Part shown: positions 39,626 to 52,703 of the stretch, piece after piece | Position numbering within the stretch: the first letter of the stretch is position 1 | Layout: every line of letters begins with the position of its first letter | Assembly (NCBI GenBank): GCA_010909165.1 | Contig: MU008176.1 | Span: 364,856-428,855, forward strand | Origin: Anthoceros angustus | Lineage: Eukaryota; Plantae; Anthocerotophyta | DNA length: 64,000 bases | Reading direction: 5' to 3' | The notes under the pieces: model-generated | Databases searched by the model: none | What the model was told of the DNA's origin: nothing | Seen by the model: the letters and a program-made list of their open reading frames with translations, nothing else | Position numbers and translations under genes: made by a program

Positions 39626-40455
39626 TCATTTTCTGTACCACAGTGTCAAGTCTTTACGGCGCCTGATCTTCTTCAGCAATTGCAAGAGGCCATAGAGGAG
39701 GGCCTCGGCAGTTGGAGGACAACCAGGAACGTAGATATCCACAGGCACAATACGATCACAACCCCGCACAACAGAGTACGAGTAATGATAATAGCCTCCT
39801 CCATTGGCACAGCTTCCCATAGAGATGACCCAACGAGGGTCCGGCATCTGGTCATACACTCTGGAAACATGCCAAAGACAGAGGACGAATTAGCAGCCAG
39901 TTCTCCAAATTCCCGAAACCTCTCACCCGCTTCAAGAGTTGCAACCAGACTATCCTGCCTACATCTCAGCTTATCAAGGCCTCTGGATACCCGTAAAACC
40001 CTCACCAGAGCCAGGATCCATCACGCGCAGACAACAATTCAGAACAAAATCTCAACCCTAGTTTGCATCACGACTCACTTGCGCAGAGCAGGCGCCATCT
40101 TGTTGGTCAAGGTCCCAGCCACGATCATACAATCCGACTGCCGAGGGCTGGGCCTGAAGATGATGCCGAATCTGTCCAGATCATACCGAGCTGCTCCCGT
40201 GTGCATCATCTCCACTGCGCAGCAGGCCAGGCCGAACGTCATGGGCCACAGGGACCCCGTCCTGGCCCAGTTCATCAACGCATCCACCTTAGTGGTCACA
40301 TACTCCGCACCCTTGGACGGCTCCAAGGATGCGTGGGAGGCTCCGACGAGCGCTGGCACACCGGTGTGCAAAACCCTGCAAGACCCCAGCCCGCTCCGCA
40401 TCAACCGGGACGAGCCTGCGGCAGCCGCCTGCGCCGCCCGCGGCAGCAGCGCCAT
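39626..40455 (-). CDS. NDUFS7: NADH:ubiquinone oxidoreductase 20-kDa PSST subunit; exons 40455-40079 and 39860-39626
   Basis: [68 protein letters not shown]; presequence-like N-terminus; 218-bp GT-AG intron inside the K codon. Confidence 0.97.
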
Positions 40456-41266
40456 CGCTATCTCCGCCTTCCCTCCTGCTGCAGCGGCTGGAGACACAAA
40501 TCAACCGTCTCCGATCGTCCTTCCTCCAACGCAGCTCTTGCTCCCTGCTCCCTACTCCCTGCTTGCTCCCAGTACCGCATAAAAACTAAACAGACGCCGT
40601 CTAAAAACCCAACCACACGGCGTCACTTGGCCCCAGAGCGTGCCAAGTCCGCACGGCCAGGTCACGGGAAGGTTTGAACCACGTCGTCGCCAGGTAGTGT
40701 CACAGGAAGCGGGATAGGCCAGTGGCCGTCTGTTTTAGCCGGATTTCCGGTGGTGACGACACCCGGACGAGCTCAGGCCGTAGCGAGGGGAGATGGCTGG
40801 GTGCGCATACCGAGGGCCATGTAGTCTATTATTGCTGCTGAAGCTGAGAAATTAATGTTGCAGGACCTTGCGAAATCCAAGGTGACGTGAGGAGTTGCCA
40901 AATTTCGGGGAAGGAGGCTCACGACTGAGACTGAGGTGCTCCCCGTCGAATCATCGACAAGAATGGCAGGAAAGCAGCTTCCGCAGGAGTTGGGCAGTTT
41001 TGACCCGTAACAGATTTTTCCGGTCCGGAGTCTATATATGTGGACTGAGGTGCGGGATAGATAGCTGGTTTGTTGGGCGGACGTCTCCAGTCGGCGGATG
41101 TGTGGCAGAGAGGAATTTATGCTATCAGCAACAGCATATTCGAAAAATTTTGTTTCAGAAAACGGGGCGCTGTACATGTCATGGTGCGGAGGGCTGCTGT
41201 CCCGGGAGCTGGTGAGGTATCGGGTTAGAGGAGGCGGTGAAGGTGAAGGTGAAGGTGCTCTCAGCA

Positions 41267-44200
41267 ATGCGCGAGAGCTTCACAGGGGTTTGGAAGGCAG
41301 GATGGATTTCGCTGGTTTGCCTGCTGGCAATGATGTGCTGGCGAGTGGTAGCGCCAGGAGTGGATCCCAAGCTCTGGGAGGCTCGCAGCGCAAAGCTCTC
41401 GGGAATTATAATTCCGGGATTCGCGTCGTCTCGGCTGAGGGCTTGGTCCATGGTGGACTGTCCGTTCTCTCCCATGGATTTTCAGCCGCTGGATCCCGTG
41501 TGGCTCGACATTAGAAAGGTGCATGGTCTGCTCCAGGATTCAGCTGGCAGTGGCTGCTGTCGGAGGGTGGACGTACCAGGGCCTACTAGTGAATTTAGTC
41601 GATGGACTGAATGTCTGCAATTCTGTTTTTTCTCAGGTCTTGTCCGTGTTGAACTGCTGGATGAAGTGCATGACCTTGGATCCCGACACTCAGAAAGACA
41701 ATCCTGAGTGCAAGTCTCGTCCAGATACCGGTCTCTCGGCTATAACTGAACTTGATCCTGGTTACATCACAGGTACCTTTCCTGGAGCGTTGAATTTTTC
41801 TAGTGAGTTGGGGTGGAATCAGGTTTGCAACCTTTCATTGTTGGGCGGAGGTGAACCACTTTCTAATGCAGTCACTGTTTTCTTTACTGTAGGTCCTCTG
41901 TCCTCCATATGGAGGGAGTGGGTGAATTGGTGTGTGGAATTTGGGATTGAAGCTGATTCCATCGTTGCAGTCCCATATGATTGGAGGCTGTCTGCTTCCA
42001 TGCTTGAAGAACGTGACCTCTATTTTCATAAGCTTAAGTAGGCGCTGGCCAAAGGCTTTTTTCAGACTGTATTTGTTAACTTGCTGCTTGGTGTCTTCTC
42101 ATTGACATGCTACTGACGGTTTCTTTGTGCCTTGGAACTTGTACCAGGTTAACATTTGAGACGGCTCGCAAACTTAGAGGAGCTCCCTCATTAGTATTTG
42201 CTCACTCCTTAGGGAACAACGTATTCAGATATTTTCTTGAGTGGCTCAAGCTGGAAATAGCTCCTAAGCTGTACAACAAGTGGATCGACGACCACATTAA
42301 CTCATACTATGCTGTTGGTATGATTCAGTTCCCCATGTCTGCCAGAGTAGCAGTGTCATGAGTCTAATGCGGTTTAACTCTCTTGACTCCGTGTTCATAA
42401 TGCAGGAGCACCTTTGCTTGGAGCCGCAGAAACCATTAAGGCTTTGTTATCAGGAGTTACCTTTGGTCTTCCCATTTCAGAGGCACTGCACTTGTTGACT
42501 AGGGGCACTGTCATTACTGTAACAACTGTCAGTGGACATGCCACCATATGCCCAGCTGAAACTTTGTTTCTGCTGTTTTCCTTGTGTGGATCAGGGGACA
42601 GCTCGGAGGCTAAGTAATTCTTTTGGCTCATCCCTATGGATGTTGCCATTTTCAAAGTACTGCTATGAAGATAGCAAGTTTTGTAGATCATCAAGTGAGA
42701 ATACGGGTAATAAGAGAGGCAGTTGCAGAGTCTGCCATGCAGACGAATATGCAGTGAACGCCTCTGGCTGGCCGGTGGATGTTTTGAGGGTCGATTTTCC
42801 TATCACACCAGGTAGCTTTCATAACGTTGGGCTAGGGTGAGCACGGTGCGCAGTTAACTCGCAGCTATGCTCTATCTCTTGGTGACTTTATCTCTTACGT
42901 TTTACCCTCAACGGGTTTGTTCTGATCTAAACTCGTTAACGAGCTTGCCTATTGTTGTGCAGGCATATCTTATCCTGGAGTCTCTCTTGAATCAGAGACA
43001 GTTGCTCTTATGTCAGCATGTACTGTCCCAGTTCAACGCTCATATTCTGCTCATGAGCTGTCCGAGGGGACATTTTTCCGTGAAGTTGGTGATTTTGATG
43101 CTGACGTGAAGAGGTTTTTTAACACCCTCAAGAAGTAAGGGCGTAAATCTCTTGACAGTGTGCTTCAGTTGTGTGTTTCGTCAGTCTCGTGACTGACTGG
43201 AAAACTTGCCATGACCAGTACAGATTCTACCACGATGATCCTATACTGAATCCTCTCACCCCCTGGGAGCGGCCTCCAATACAGAATGTTTATTGCATGT
43301 ATGGCATCAACATGAAGTCTGAGGTTAGCATCTCGGAGTGAGCAATTAGATAAGTTGTGTAGCCTCGTACACTTGTTTAATCTGGCATATTTCACTGCAG
43401 GTTGGTTACCATTTTGCGCCTAGTGGCAGGTTCTATCCAGAAAACTGGACCATCAAAGACATCGTCTACGAAACAGAAGGAGGTGTTCTTCAGTCCAGGT
43501 TAGCTTTATCGGGTTCACCCATCTTGCTTGCGTTGGTTTTCCTTAGCCGTCTTTGTTACACGTTTTGTGACATTGCTCGTCCATGGTGGATTGCAGATCA
43601 GGTGCACCAGTGTTTGGGAATCCTGGTCCAGCTAGTGGTGACGTCACGGTGCGGATTTCTGTTGCATTTTCGGGTGTTGGTTTTCTGCGGCTGTTGGTTT
43701 TGGATACGGGTTTTCTGAATGATCTTTGGGTTGTCGTGCAGGTCCCGTACCATTCACTGTCGTATTGTAAGACGTGGTTAGGTTCACGCGTCAACATCAC
43801 AAGAACACCACAGGTCGTTGGCCTTTTGCCTCATCAAGTGGCTCCATGGTCAGGGGTTTTTAGGCGGAGGCTTAAACTTTTGTGCTGTGTTGACCTGTCA
43901 TGGTGTGCAGGGTGCCCACGATGGGAGTGATGTGCAGGAAGAACTAGAAGTGGAACATGAATATGGAGGTGATGTTCTTCCTCAGAATATGACTAGAGAT
44001 AGTCGCATGAGGTACATCACATTTTACGAGGATGGCGTGAGTGTTCCTGGGCAAAAGACGGCCGTGTGGGAGCTTGATAAACGTAAGTGCTTTTCGCAAA
44101 AACTGTTTTGAATGTGCGTGAAGCAGCGTATCAGACTGCGAAGAAGTCAGATATGTGCTAAGCAGACGGGTATGCGTTATGCCAGTGGATCACAGAAACA

Positions 44201-44626
44201 TCGTGAGATCAAAGGTCCTGCTCAGAGAAATGTGGCTGGAGACGATGCACAGTTTCAATCAAGACCCACAACGAACTTTCGCATCCAAATGTGAGCCACT
44301 GAAACCTGAAGCAGATTACGGCTCATGACGCCTGACCCAGCTACCTGACTAAGCTTTTCATTGACCTGGCAGCGAGACGGGACCCAATGAGAGATGATGA
44401 TTGCTTTTGGGATTACTCCAAGGCCCGGTGTAGCATGCCAGAACATTGCGAATACAGGTTAGTCGCTGACCCCAGCTCGCTTGCTCGTCTGATTACCTTC
44501 ACTTGTGCAAGATGAATCGTTAACTCTGGTGGCCGAAACAGATACGGGTTCGGTGATGTTCATCTGGGACAGAGCTGCAGGTTGAAGGCTTCCTCCATTG
44601 ATAACCACATTCTTCATTATTTGTAG
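41267..44626 (+). CDS. PSAT1: Phospholipid:sterol O-acyltransferase (LCAT family), multi-exon
   Basis: KLSGIIIPGFASSRLRAWS, CKSRPDTGLSAITELDPGYITG, VAVPYDWRLS, lipase motif VFAHSLGNNVFRYFLEW, TAVWELDK, GDVHLGQSCRL..HYL*. Matches the plant (Arabidopsis-type) sterol acyltransferase PSAT1, not phosphoserine aminotransferase. Confidence 0.93.
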
Positions 44627-45977
44627 CCATAATTAGACACCCGTCCCTAGCTTGCCTGGCTGTAAACCAAACCAATACAAGCTTGAGGTTGCACAGTCCG
44701 CATGTAGAGGGTGCCCTATCAACCACCACCTCGGACCCCATTCAATTGTGGGAGGTCCGCAAATTAGGACCACTCCCTCTATTCGAGAGCACACCACCTT
44801 CAAGCCGGTGATGCTTTCTAATTGTCTTATACTTAATACTCCAGATTCCGGACTCTAGGCGAACCTGGCTACCATTCTTCCCCCTGCCGACGACGGAAGG
44901 GGTGGATGATGTGTAAGTAATCTCCATGAAATAGAATGGAATGCCAAATTTACGAAAGACCAAGACGTAAATTAAATGGTGTCCCGGACTCAGGTCCAGC
45001 GGAATGCACGCAACACCACCCACCGCTAAACCACAAGAACTGTCGCCCATAGCTGGGCTATGAATCGGCGGGCCCATACCCAACTGTCCATGTTAGATCC
45101 TATTCAAAGTACGAGACCCAATTCAGGACAAAACTTGTGCTTTGTGAAGTGTAGTGGGACATAAGAAACGGGAATTGGTGAATCGTGACTTTTCTGATCC
45201 ATTTTCTAGCCTTGTTATATATGATGATCTCTAATATTTTACAAATGATTTTGAAAGTTTTCGAATATTCATGGATTGTTTCAGTTTCAACTATCCAGAA
45301 GTCTTTCTGGATCACCAGAAAAAAGATGTCCCAATTTGGGAATAGATCCAGCGGAGCCAATTCTGAAAGAGGACGGATCAAACTCCGAGCGACGCGCCTC
45401 AGACGGCCCCAGATTCGGCCACTCCCTCACGCTAGGAGCGCTCGCCCGAAAGGATGATGCGTCCCCTTCCAGATCCGGTGGTGGTTGTATAAAATTGTGC
45501 ATGAAATTGTGCACCAGCCGTGTGCTCGTCTCACAAGTATTGCCGCACAAGAAAAGACGCGCAACAAGATCCTTCCAGATCCGGTCCTGGTTGTATACAA
45601 TGGCGCACCAGCGGTGTTTTCAGTATACAAGTATTGCTGCAAACGAGGAAAGAAGCGCATGGTGCATGTACATGCTTCCGTGATAGAGGCCACTTGACCC
45701 TCCGCCGGCCATTCCGCAGCCGTTTTGCGCCCCGGTGCGTGCCCCACCTACCCGGAATCATCATGAGACGCGCAAAGAGCGAGAAAGGGCTCCGAGAAGC
45801 GGCTCCAGCGATGCCTCCAGCAGCGAGCCCACGCCCAATGCTGGCCCGGGTTCATCCCGCTTTCCACGAGTTTGGTGAAAATTCGGGAGTCCGGGTGTCC
45901 GTCGAATTGGGCGTTGCGGAATGCTAGTGCGGTGCGGGCTGGCCCTGCAGGATTGAGGAGAAGGGCTGTCCGGACGA

Positions 45978-47853
45978 TCAGGATTGCGGGATATACGTCT
46001 TCCACCAGTCCGTGCCGGCGACGCCGTCCAGATCGTCGGCGGCCAGCCAGCGCCAGTCCGGCTCCAGCAGCCCCTGGGAGCAGTCGCTGGGGCAGCCCGG
46101 AAGACCCACGATCCGGGGCTCGGCTCGGACCAGGCACGCTTTCCTGGAGTCTCCGGGGAGGTCCCTGTACAGCCTGGCCTCCGTTGCGGGCCCGTAGGGG
46201 CACCTCTGCTCGGGACTCGGGGCCTGGGTGAGCTCCAAATGCTCTTCATCGGAGGCGCCTGTGTGGTAGAATTGCGGGTCCTGGATGCCGTGATACCTCA
46301 CCAGAATCACCGCGAACGCCAGCATCCTGCCGTCTATGCTGCAGGTCCAGCCCACCTCCCTGTGCACCCTCTCCACCATCTCCCGCATCTCGCCGTCGTG
46401 AGCCTGCATGTACTCCAGCACCTCCGGCAGATCCTGGAAGCTGTAGGCGACGCGCACCACGCAGATTGTATCAGATGTTTTGTAAGCTTCGCAAACGTGT
46501 CACGAAAATTGAGAGACAAGCGAGACAAGACAAAGACGCGTTGTCGGTGTTAGAGACTGAGAGGCAGCGCGCGACATACAAGTGGTCGGTCTCCATGAAA
46601 TGCCGCCCCTTCTTGAGCAGCGGGTAGAAGAATTGGATGAAGGGCGAGTCCTGGAGGATGAGGACGCGCTGAGTGAGGAGGACGCCGCAGAGGCGGCCGC
46701 CGCCGAGCCCGCCGTCCACGACCATCTCGTACTTGAAGTCGTTCTTGTGGGTCTCGTTGAGGCGGTCGCCGAGGCGGATTCCCTCCTTCTCCTCCAGCTC
46801 GCGGATGATGGGCTGCGGGACGTGGCTCCATCTGGTGACCCTGGCGTCCAGCATTCGTCCCAGCCCGTTGGTCATGCGGTGCAGGCGGAGCCGGGGGCTG
46901 CTCACCCAGTTGGACAGCCGGAGCCAGAAGTTGGTGGTGGCGCCGCGGAAGACGGCCTTGGGGATCTTCTCCTCCCATTTCCTGCCGCTGGCCCGGGCCT
47001 CCGCCATCTGGTCCCGGGACTGCATGTACGCCGGACGAAGATCCAACATGTCGGGCACCGCCAGGTCCGCGTCCAGCTCCTCCGTCACGTGCGGGCTCCA
47101 GACGAGGAAGTTGGACCTCCCGCCCTCCGCCATCCCCTCCCGCGCCAGGGCGTGGTCGCAGGTGTTGAACAAGAACTCCACCCTCACGTCCCGGAGCCGG
47201 AATCGGTCCAGCGTCGCCTGCAGGAAGGAGGCGGCGTCGTTGGCGCGGTCCAGCCGGTACTGCGACTTCATGGAGTGGGTGCCGTAGCGGAAGAACACCT
47301 TGCCGCCCACCACCCGGAAGTGCGCGCAGCAGGCCATGAGCGACGAGGTGTTGGCGACCGCGTCGCGCACATGGCGCACGGACCAGGCGCTGCGCGTGCG
47401 CGGTGAGCCCCCGAGGCGATCCTGCTCCTGCACCGGCGCCCAGCCCCGGGTGAAGCTCTTCACCAGCTGCAGCGCCTGGTGGAGCCTGGGGTCGGAGAGG
47501 TCGAATTCCGGGCTGGCCGCCCGCAGCTCCGCCAGGTCCTGCCCCTCGATCCGCACCCCCTTCACCCGCCCGTGCCGCACGTCGGAGGCGCTCATGTGCT
47601 GCGGCAAGCGCACCCTCCCCGGCCCCGCCCCGGGCCCCAGGAGCTCTGGGCCGCGGCCAGCAGCAGCTTCCGGCAGCCCCGGCAGCCCGAGCCGCAGCCG
47701 CCCCCGGTACCTCATCTCCACAGCGCTGGCCGCCGGCTCCCCGTAGTTGATGAGCGTGCAGGAGCTGGTGTAGGACACCAGCAGCAGCGACAAGGTGATG
47801 CCGAGGGGCACCAGGATGGCCACAACCATCAGCGACACTGTGGCTCCCTTCAT
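45978..47853 (-). CDS. Glycosyltransferase family 90 (CAP10/KDELC-like) type II membrane protein, paralog 1; exons 47853-46580 and 46440-45978; true start may be further upstream
   Basis: N-terminal TM segment; KIPKAVFRGATT, RLRLH, KYEMVVDG..GRL..QDSPFIQFFYPLLK.G.HF match the CAP10 core; a 139-bp phase-2 GT-AG intron restores DHFFQDLPEV. Confidence 0.82.
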
Positions 47854-48838
47854 CGCTCCGGATCCGCGCTTCGACCTCACCGACCTCAAGCTTCCGCCTT
47901 GCTCCGACCACGACTCATCCTCCTCCTCGTCCTGTTGCCCAACATGTATGTGATCTCCACTTCGAGCCTGGAGGCCGCTCCGACTCGGTCGCGGCGCCCT
48001 GTTCCCATAACTCCAGCGTCCGCTCGGACCATGGAGACCGACACCAACGCCAACACCTCCCCTCCCTCCCTCTCTCTCTCTCTCTAGACATTTTCCTTGT
48101 CTAGTACACGAGGCCACACCGACGTCGGCGGTGACCTTAAAATGGCCTCAACTCTCCTCTCTCTAGACGCAGTTTTGAGTCTGTTCGTCTGTTACAGACC
48201 GCACGGGCAGGCACACTGTATTACGTCTGCTCGGTGCTGGACACCCTGCTCGCACTTCACTCAAACTTTTCCTTCCACACTTGCTGCTCAAACAAGCACA
48301 ATATCGTACGGCGAGGTTGGTGGACCCCACCTCGCCCATGTCATGCTTATGCGATAAGCCATGAAGGCATGCATCTATGTACATCTACCCGCCTTGCGCC
48401 ACCGGCAACGGGCACCACACCACCCTCAAATTTAAAATTTGGCTTTCCTCCTCCCTGTTGCAAGTCAAGGCATATGCCTCATGCATGGACATGATATAGA
48501 TAAGGTGGGACCTCTAACCTGGCCTCCCAAGCCGCGACCACCACCCGTGCGCACTCACCACCGTGGTTGCAACACTCATGTCGTCCTCCGTTTCTAATTC
48601 TAATATTTTAATTTATTTAGTTTGTTTTATTAGGCGTGAGGCTCACCCTTTGACCAAGGACCAAGTTGTTGGGGAATATTTTCTCCCTTTAGGAGCACAA
48701 GCTGCCTCTTCTATTCTTCTATTGCAGCACAAGCTGGCTGTTAGATTTTCCCTTTTTATTCATTGAAAAAATAGGTATCAAAAGTTTTTTTAACTAAGTG
48801 TGTATTCAACAGGTAAAAAATAACATCCTTAGAACATG

Positions 48839-51800
48839 CCTAAGTTATATGTCTTTCTATTTTTCTCTTTTATATTGTATATGAATAAGGTTGCTTGCTA
48901 AGCCTAGAGAACATCTAGAATATAATAATAATACTATTGCTACATCAATAACTAAAACATCGTGACAAATGTACGTTCAGTAAGATAAACAAAGCCCGTC
49001 CCAAGTAGTCTCCTAATTCAGATTTTTATTCCGGATATTTTAATAATTATTTAGTTTCCTTTCCATACCCTCTTATTGGTTTGTCTTGTTGAATGCAGGT
49101 GCAAGTGAACGACACTATTGGCTACAATGACAACTTTGTAGCTACCATCATTCTCGGATACACATGCGGAGTTCCTGTCACAATTACCCCAACTCGAATT
49201 CTTCAAAGGGTGCAGGGCTAAAATCCAGATGCCTCTAGTCTAGGTGGGGCAGGGCAGGCAACGGACACGATGGGAAGTCGCGTAACTCTTGTTCAGACCT
49301 GAAAGTGAACATCAATTTTGAATTTCCCAGCAAGATTTGAACTTGTCTGTTAAGCTACTTATCGAATAGGAAATGATTTGACTGATGATGATGTGAAGAT
49401 AAAAACTACGCTACTTCTCACTTGCAGTCCTCATATTTATGTCAAAGTTTTTCTTTATATAGAAAAAATAAGTTTAATAAGTTCTACATCTAAGGGTCAA
49501 TGTTGTTTTTATCTTCATTTTTTCCTTTTTTTTCTTCTTTCTTTGATAATAGCTTATATCTGATGTTTGTACTAATTTTTCATTAACATAGCGCCACCTT
49601 GCTCTTTTTCTTCTTGATTAGACTTCACCGTAACCTCTAATATGAGTGCACACAGGAGAGTGAACGATCATATCCTCATGTGAACCATATCAAGTTGGTC
49701 TTGTTTAATTGTGTTACTCATTAGATACAAACAAGTTGGTATTGTTCACAATTTTTGGGGTACTTGCATTTTGTCTCAAGGAAAGATTTGATCTCGAAAG
49801 CGGTGGAAAGAGCTATGAGATGTACAAAAATAAAAAGGAGTGTAGGAGTCGTGGTATTCCTTAGTACTAGTCTTGCAGAAACACAATTCTTGTGAGTAAG
49901 ACGGATGGGGCTACATGTAGGCTCACGAGGACCTCTCACACATAAGGTGGCATCACCAAATAATTTGTAAGGACTTTTGGCCCTTGACTCAAATTTATGT
50001 GTGAAGCTCGTTCTGAAATGTGATATCGATAACAAATGTATGTTTAATGTGAAATATTATGTTCAACTCTCGTCTTTTGGTCCCTAGCTCAAGTTATGTG
50101 TGAAGCTCGTTGTGAAATGTAATATCGATAACAAATGTATGTTTAATGTGAAATATCATGCTCAGCTCTCGTCTTTTGGTCCCTAGCTCAAATTATGTGT
50201 GAAGCTCGTTGTGAAATGTGATGTTGATAGCATATGTATGTCTAATGTGAAAAGTTATTTTCACCTTTCAAACACGAGTATTGTCTGGTAAGATGCATGC
50301 ATGGTCTTTCATGTATGCCAATGAGGAGCTAAAGCAAAACGGCCTTTCCACGAGGCTTGTGCCACTCACAAGATTTGATTTCGAAAGCGGTGGAAAGATT
50401 TGATCTCGAAAGCGGTGGAAAGAGCTATGAGATGTACAAAAATAAAAAGGAGTGTAGGAGTCGTGGTATTCCTTAGTACTAGTCTTGCAGCAAACACAAT
50501 TCTTGTGAGTAAGACGGATGGGGCTACATGTAGGCCTACGAGGACCTCTGCCACATAAGGTGGCATCACCAAATAATTTGTAAGGACTTTTGGCCTTTGA
50601 CTCAAATTTATGTGTGAAGCTCGTTCTGAAATGTGATATCGATAACAAATGTATGTTTAATGTGAAATATTATGTTCAACTCTCGTCTTTTGGTCCCTAG
50701 CTCAAGTTATGTGTGAAGCTCGAAATGTGATATCGATAACAAATGTATGTTTAATGTGAAATATCATGCTCGCTCTCGCCTTTTGGTCCTAGCTCAAATT
50801 ATGTGAAGCTCGTTGTGAAATGTGATGTTGATAGCATATGTATGTCTAATGTGAAAAGTTATTTTCACCTTTCAAACACAGTATTGTCCGTAAGATGCAT
50901 GCATGGTCTTTCATGTATGCCAATGAGGAGCTAAAGCAAAGCCTTTCCACGAGGCTTGTGCCACTCACAAGATTTGATTTCGAAAGCGGTGGAAAGATTT
51001 GATCTCGAAAGCGGTGGAAAGAGCTATGAGATGTACAAAAATAAAAAGGAGTGTAGGAGTCGTGGTATTCCTTAGTACTAGTCTTGCAGCAAACACAATT
51101 CTTGTGAGTAAGACGGATGGGGCTACATGTAGGCCTACGAGGACCTCTGCCACATAAGGTGGCATCACCAAATAATTTGTAAGGACTTTTGGCCTTTGAC
51201 TCAAATTTATGTGTGAAGCTCGCTCAAATGTGATATCGATAACAAATGTATGTTTAATGTGAAATATTATGTTCAACTCGCCTTTTGGTCCCTAGCTCAA
51301 GTTATGTGTGAAGCTCGTTGTGAAATGTAATATCGATAACAAATGTATGTTTAATGTGAAATATCATGCTCAGCTCTCGTCTTTTGGTCCTAGCTCAAAT
51401 TATGTGTGAAGCTCGTTGTGAAATGTGATGTTGATAGCATATGTATGTCTAATGTGAAAAGTTATTTTCACCTTTCAAACACGAGTATTGTCTGGTAAGA
51501 TGCATGCATGGTCTTTCATGTATGCCAATGAGGAGCTAAAGCAAAACGGCCTTTCCACGAGGCTTGTGCCACTCACAATACAAGATTTTAGGCTGCAAAA
51601 TAAGAGTGAATTCATGCTGCACCTCCAAAGCACTCACAATACAAGATTTTAGGCTACAAAATAAGCAGAGCAATGCAACTACACTGTTCGAGGCAAAGCA
51701 ACTACACTGTTTGAGATAGGTTCCCTGTAAGCTATGCGGATACCATTAATAGAGTGTTGCAATATGGCCAAGAACAAGGTGGCGCTATGTTAATGAAAAA

Positions 51801-52703
51801 TTAGTTTAAACATGAGATATAAGCTATTATCAAAGAAAGAAGAAAAAAAAGGAAAAAATGAAAATAAAAACAACATTGACCCTTATATGTAGAACTTATT
51901 AAACTTACTTTTTCTATATTACAAAGAAAAACTTTGAATAACTATGAGAACTGCAAGTGAGAAGCTGCGTAATTTTTATCTTCACATCGTCACCAATCAA
52001 ATCATTTCCTATTCAATAAGTAGCTTAACAGACAAGTTCAAATCTTGCTGGGAAATTCAAAATTGATGTTCACTTTCAGGTCTGAACAAGAGATACGCGA
52101 CTTCCCATCTTGTCTGTTGCCTGCCCCGCCCCACCTAGACTAGAGGCATCTGGATTTTAGCCTTGCACCCTTTGAAGAATTCGAGTTGGGGTAGTTGTGA
52201 TAGGAACTCCGAATGTGTATCCAAGAATGATGGTAGCTACAAAGTTGTCATTGTAGCCAACAGTGTCGTTCACTTGCACCTACATTCAACAAGATAAACC
52301 AATAAGGTGTCCTTCACTTGCACCTACATTCAACAAGACAAACCAATAAGGTGTGCTTCACTTGCACCTGCATTCAACAAGACAAACTAATAAGAAGGTA
52401 TGAAAAGGAAACTAAGTAATTATTAAAATATCCGGAATAAAAATCTGAATTAGGAGACTACTTGGGACGGCCTTTGTTCATCTTACTGAACGAACATTTG
52501 TCACGATGTTTTTACGGTATGATTTCTATGAAGCTGGCAGAAAACTACAACTTTGCTAAGAAAAAATGGGTATGACAAGCGTAGACTTAGTTATTGATGT
52601 AGCGATAGTATTATTATTATTTTCTAGATGTTCTCTAGGCTTAGCAAGCAACCTTATCCATATACAATATAAAAGAGAAAAAGAGAAAGACATATAACTA
52701 AGG
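48839..52703. repeat. Long inverted repeat (arms 48839-49606 and 51770-52703), foldback-like
   Basis: The arms are reverse complements over ~770 bp (e.g. GTTCAGACCTGAAAGTGAACATCAATTTTGAATTTCCCAGC vs its complement at ~52045-52085). The right arm has an extra triplicated 44-bp unit and a ~75-bp insertion. Confidence 0.9.
49781..51578. repeat. Higher-order tandem repeat: ~600-bp unit x3, each with ~3 copies of a ~95-bp subunit
   Basis: CACTCACAA recurs at 50365, 50962 and 51570; subunit TGTGTGAAGCTCGTTGTGAAATGTGATATCGATAACAAATGTATG. Confidence 0.9.

Noticed and set aside
39665-39690. [12 protein letters not shown] instead of the usual LLQLQKKI
   Set aside because: A single-base difference outside the Fe-S ligands; it cannot be told apart from ordinary divergence or error.
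45276-45927. Plus-strand ORFs between PSAT1 and GT90 paralog 1
   Set aside because: No recognisable homology or splice structure; only a short duplicated motif (TTCCAGATCCGGT..TGGTTGTATA) was seen.
46550-48087. Long overlapping ORFs on both strands of GT90 paralog 1
   Set aside because: Shadow ORFs expected from very GC-rich coding DNA; the products are Arg/Gly/Pro/Ala-rich with no motifs.
49721-51276. Repeated 100-126 aa ORFs in the ~600-bp array
   Set aside because: They recur only because the DNA is repeated, vary in frame between copies, and carry no transposase motifs.
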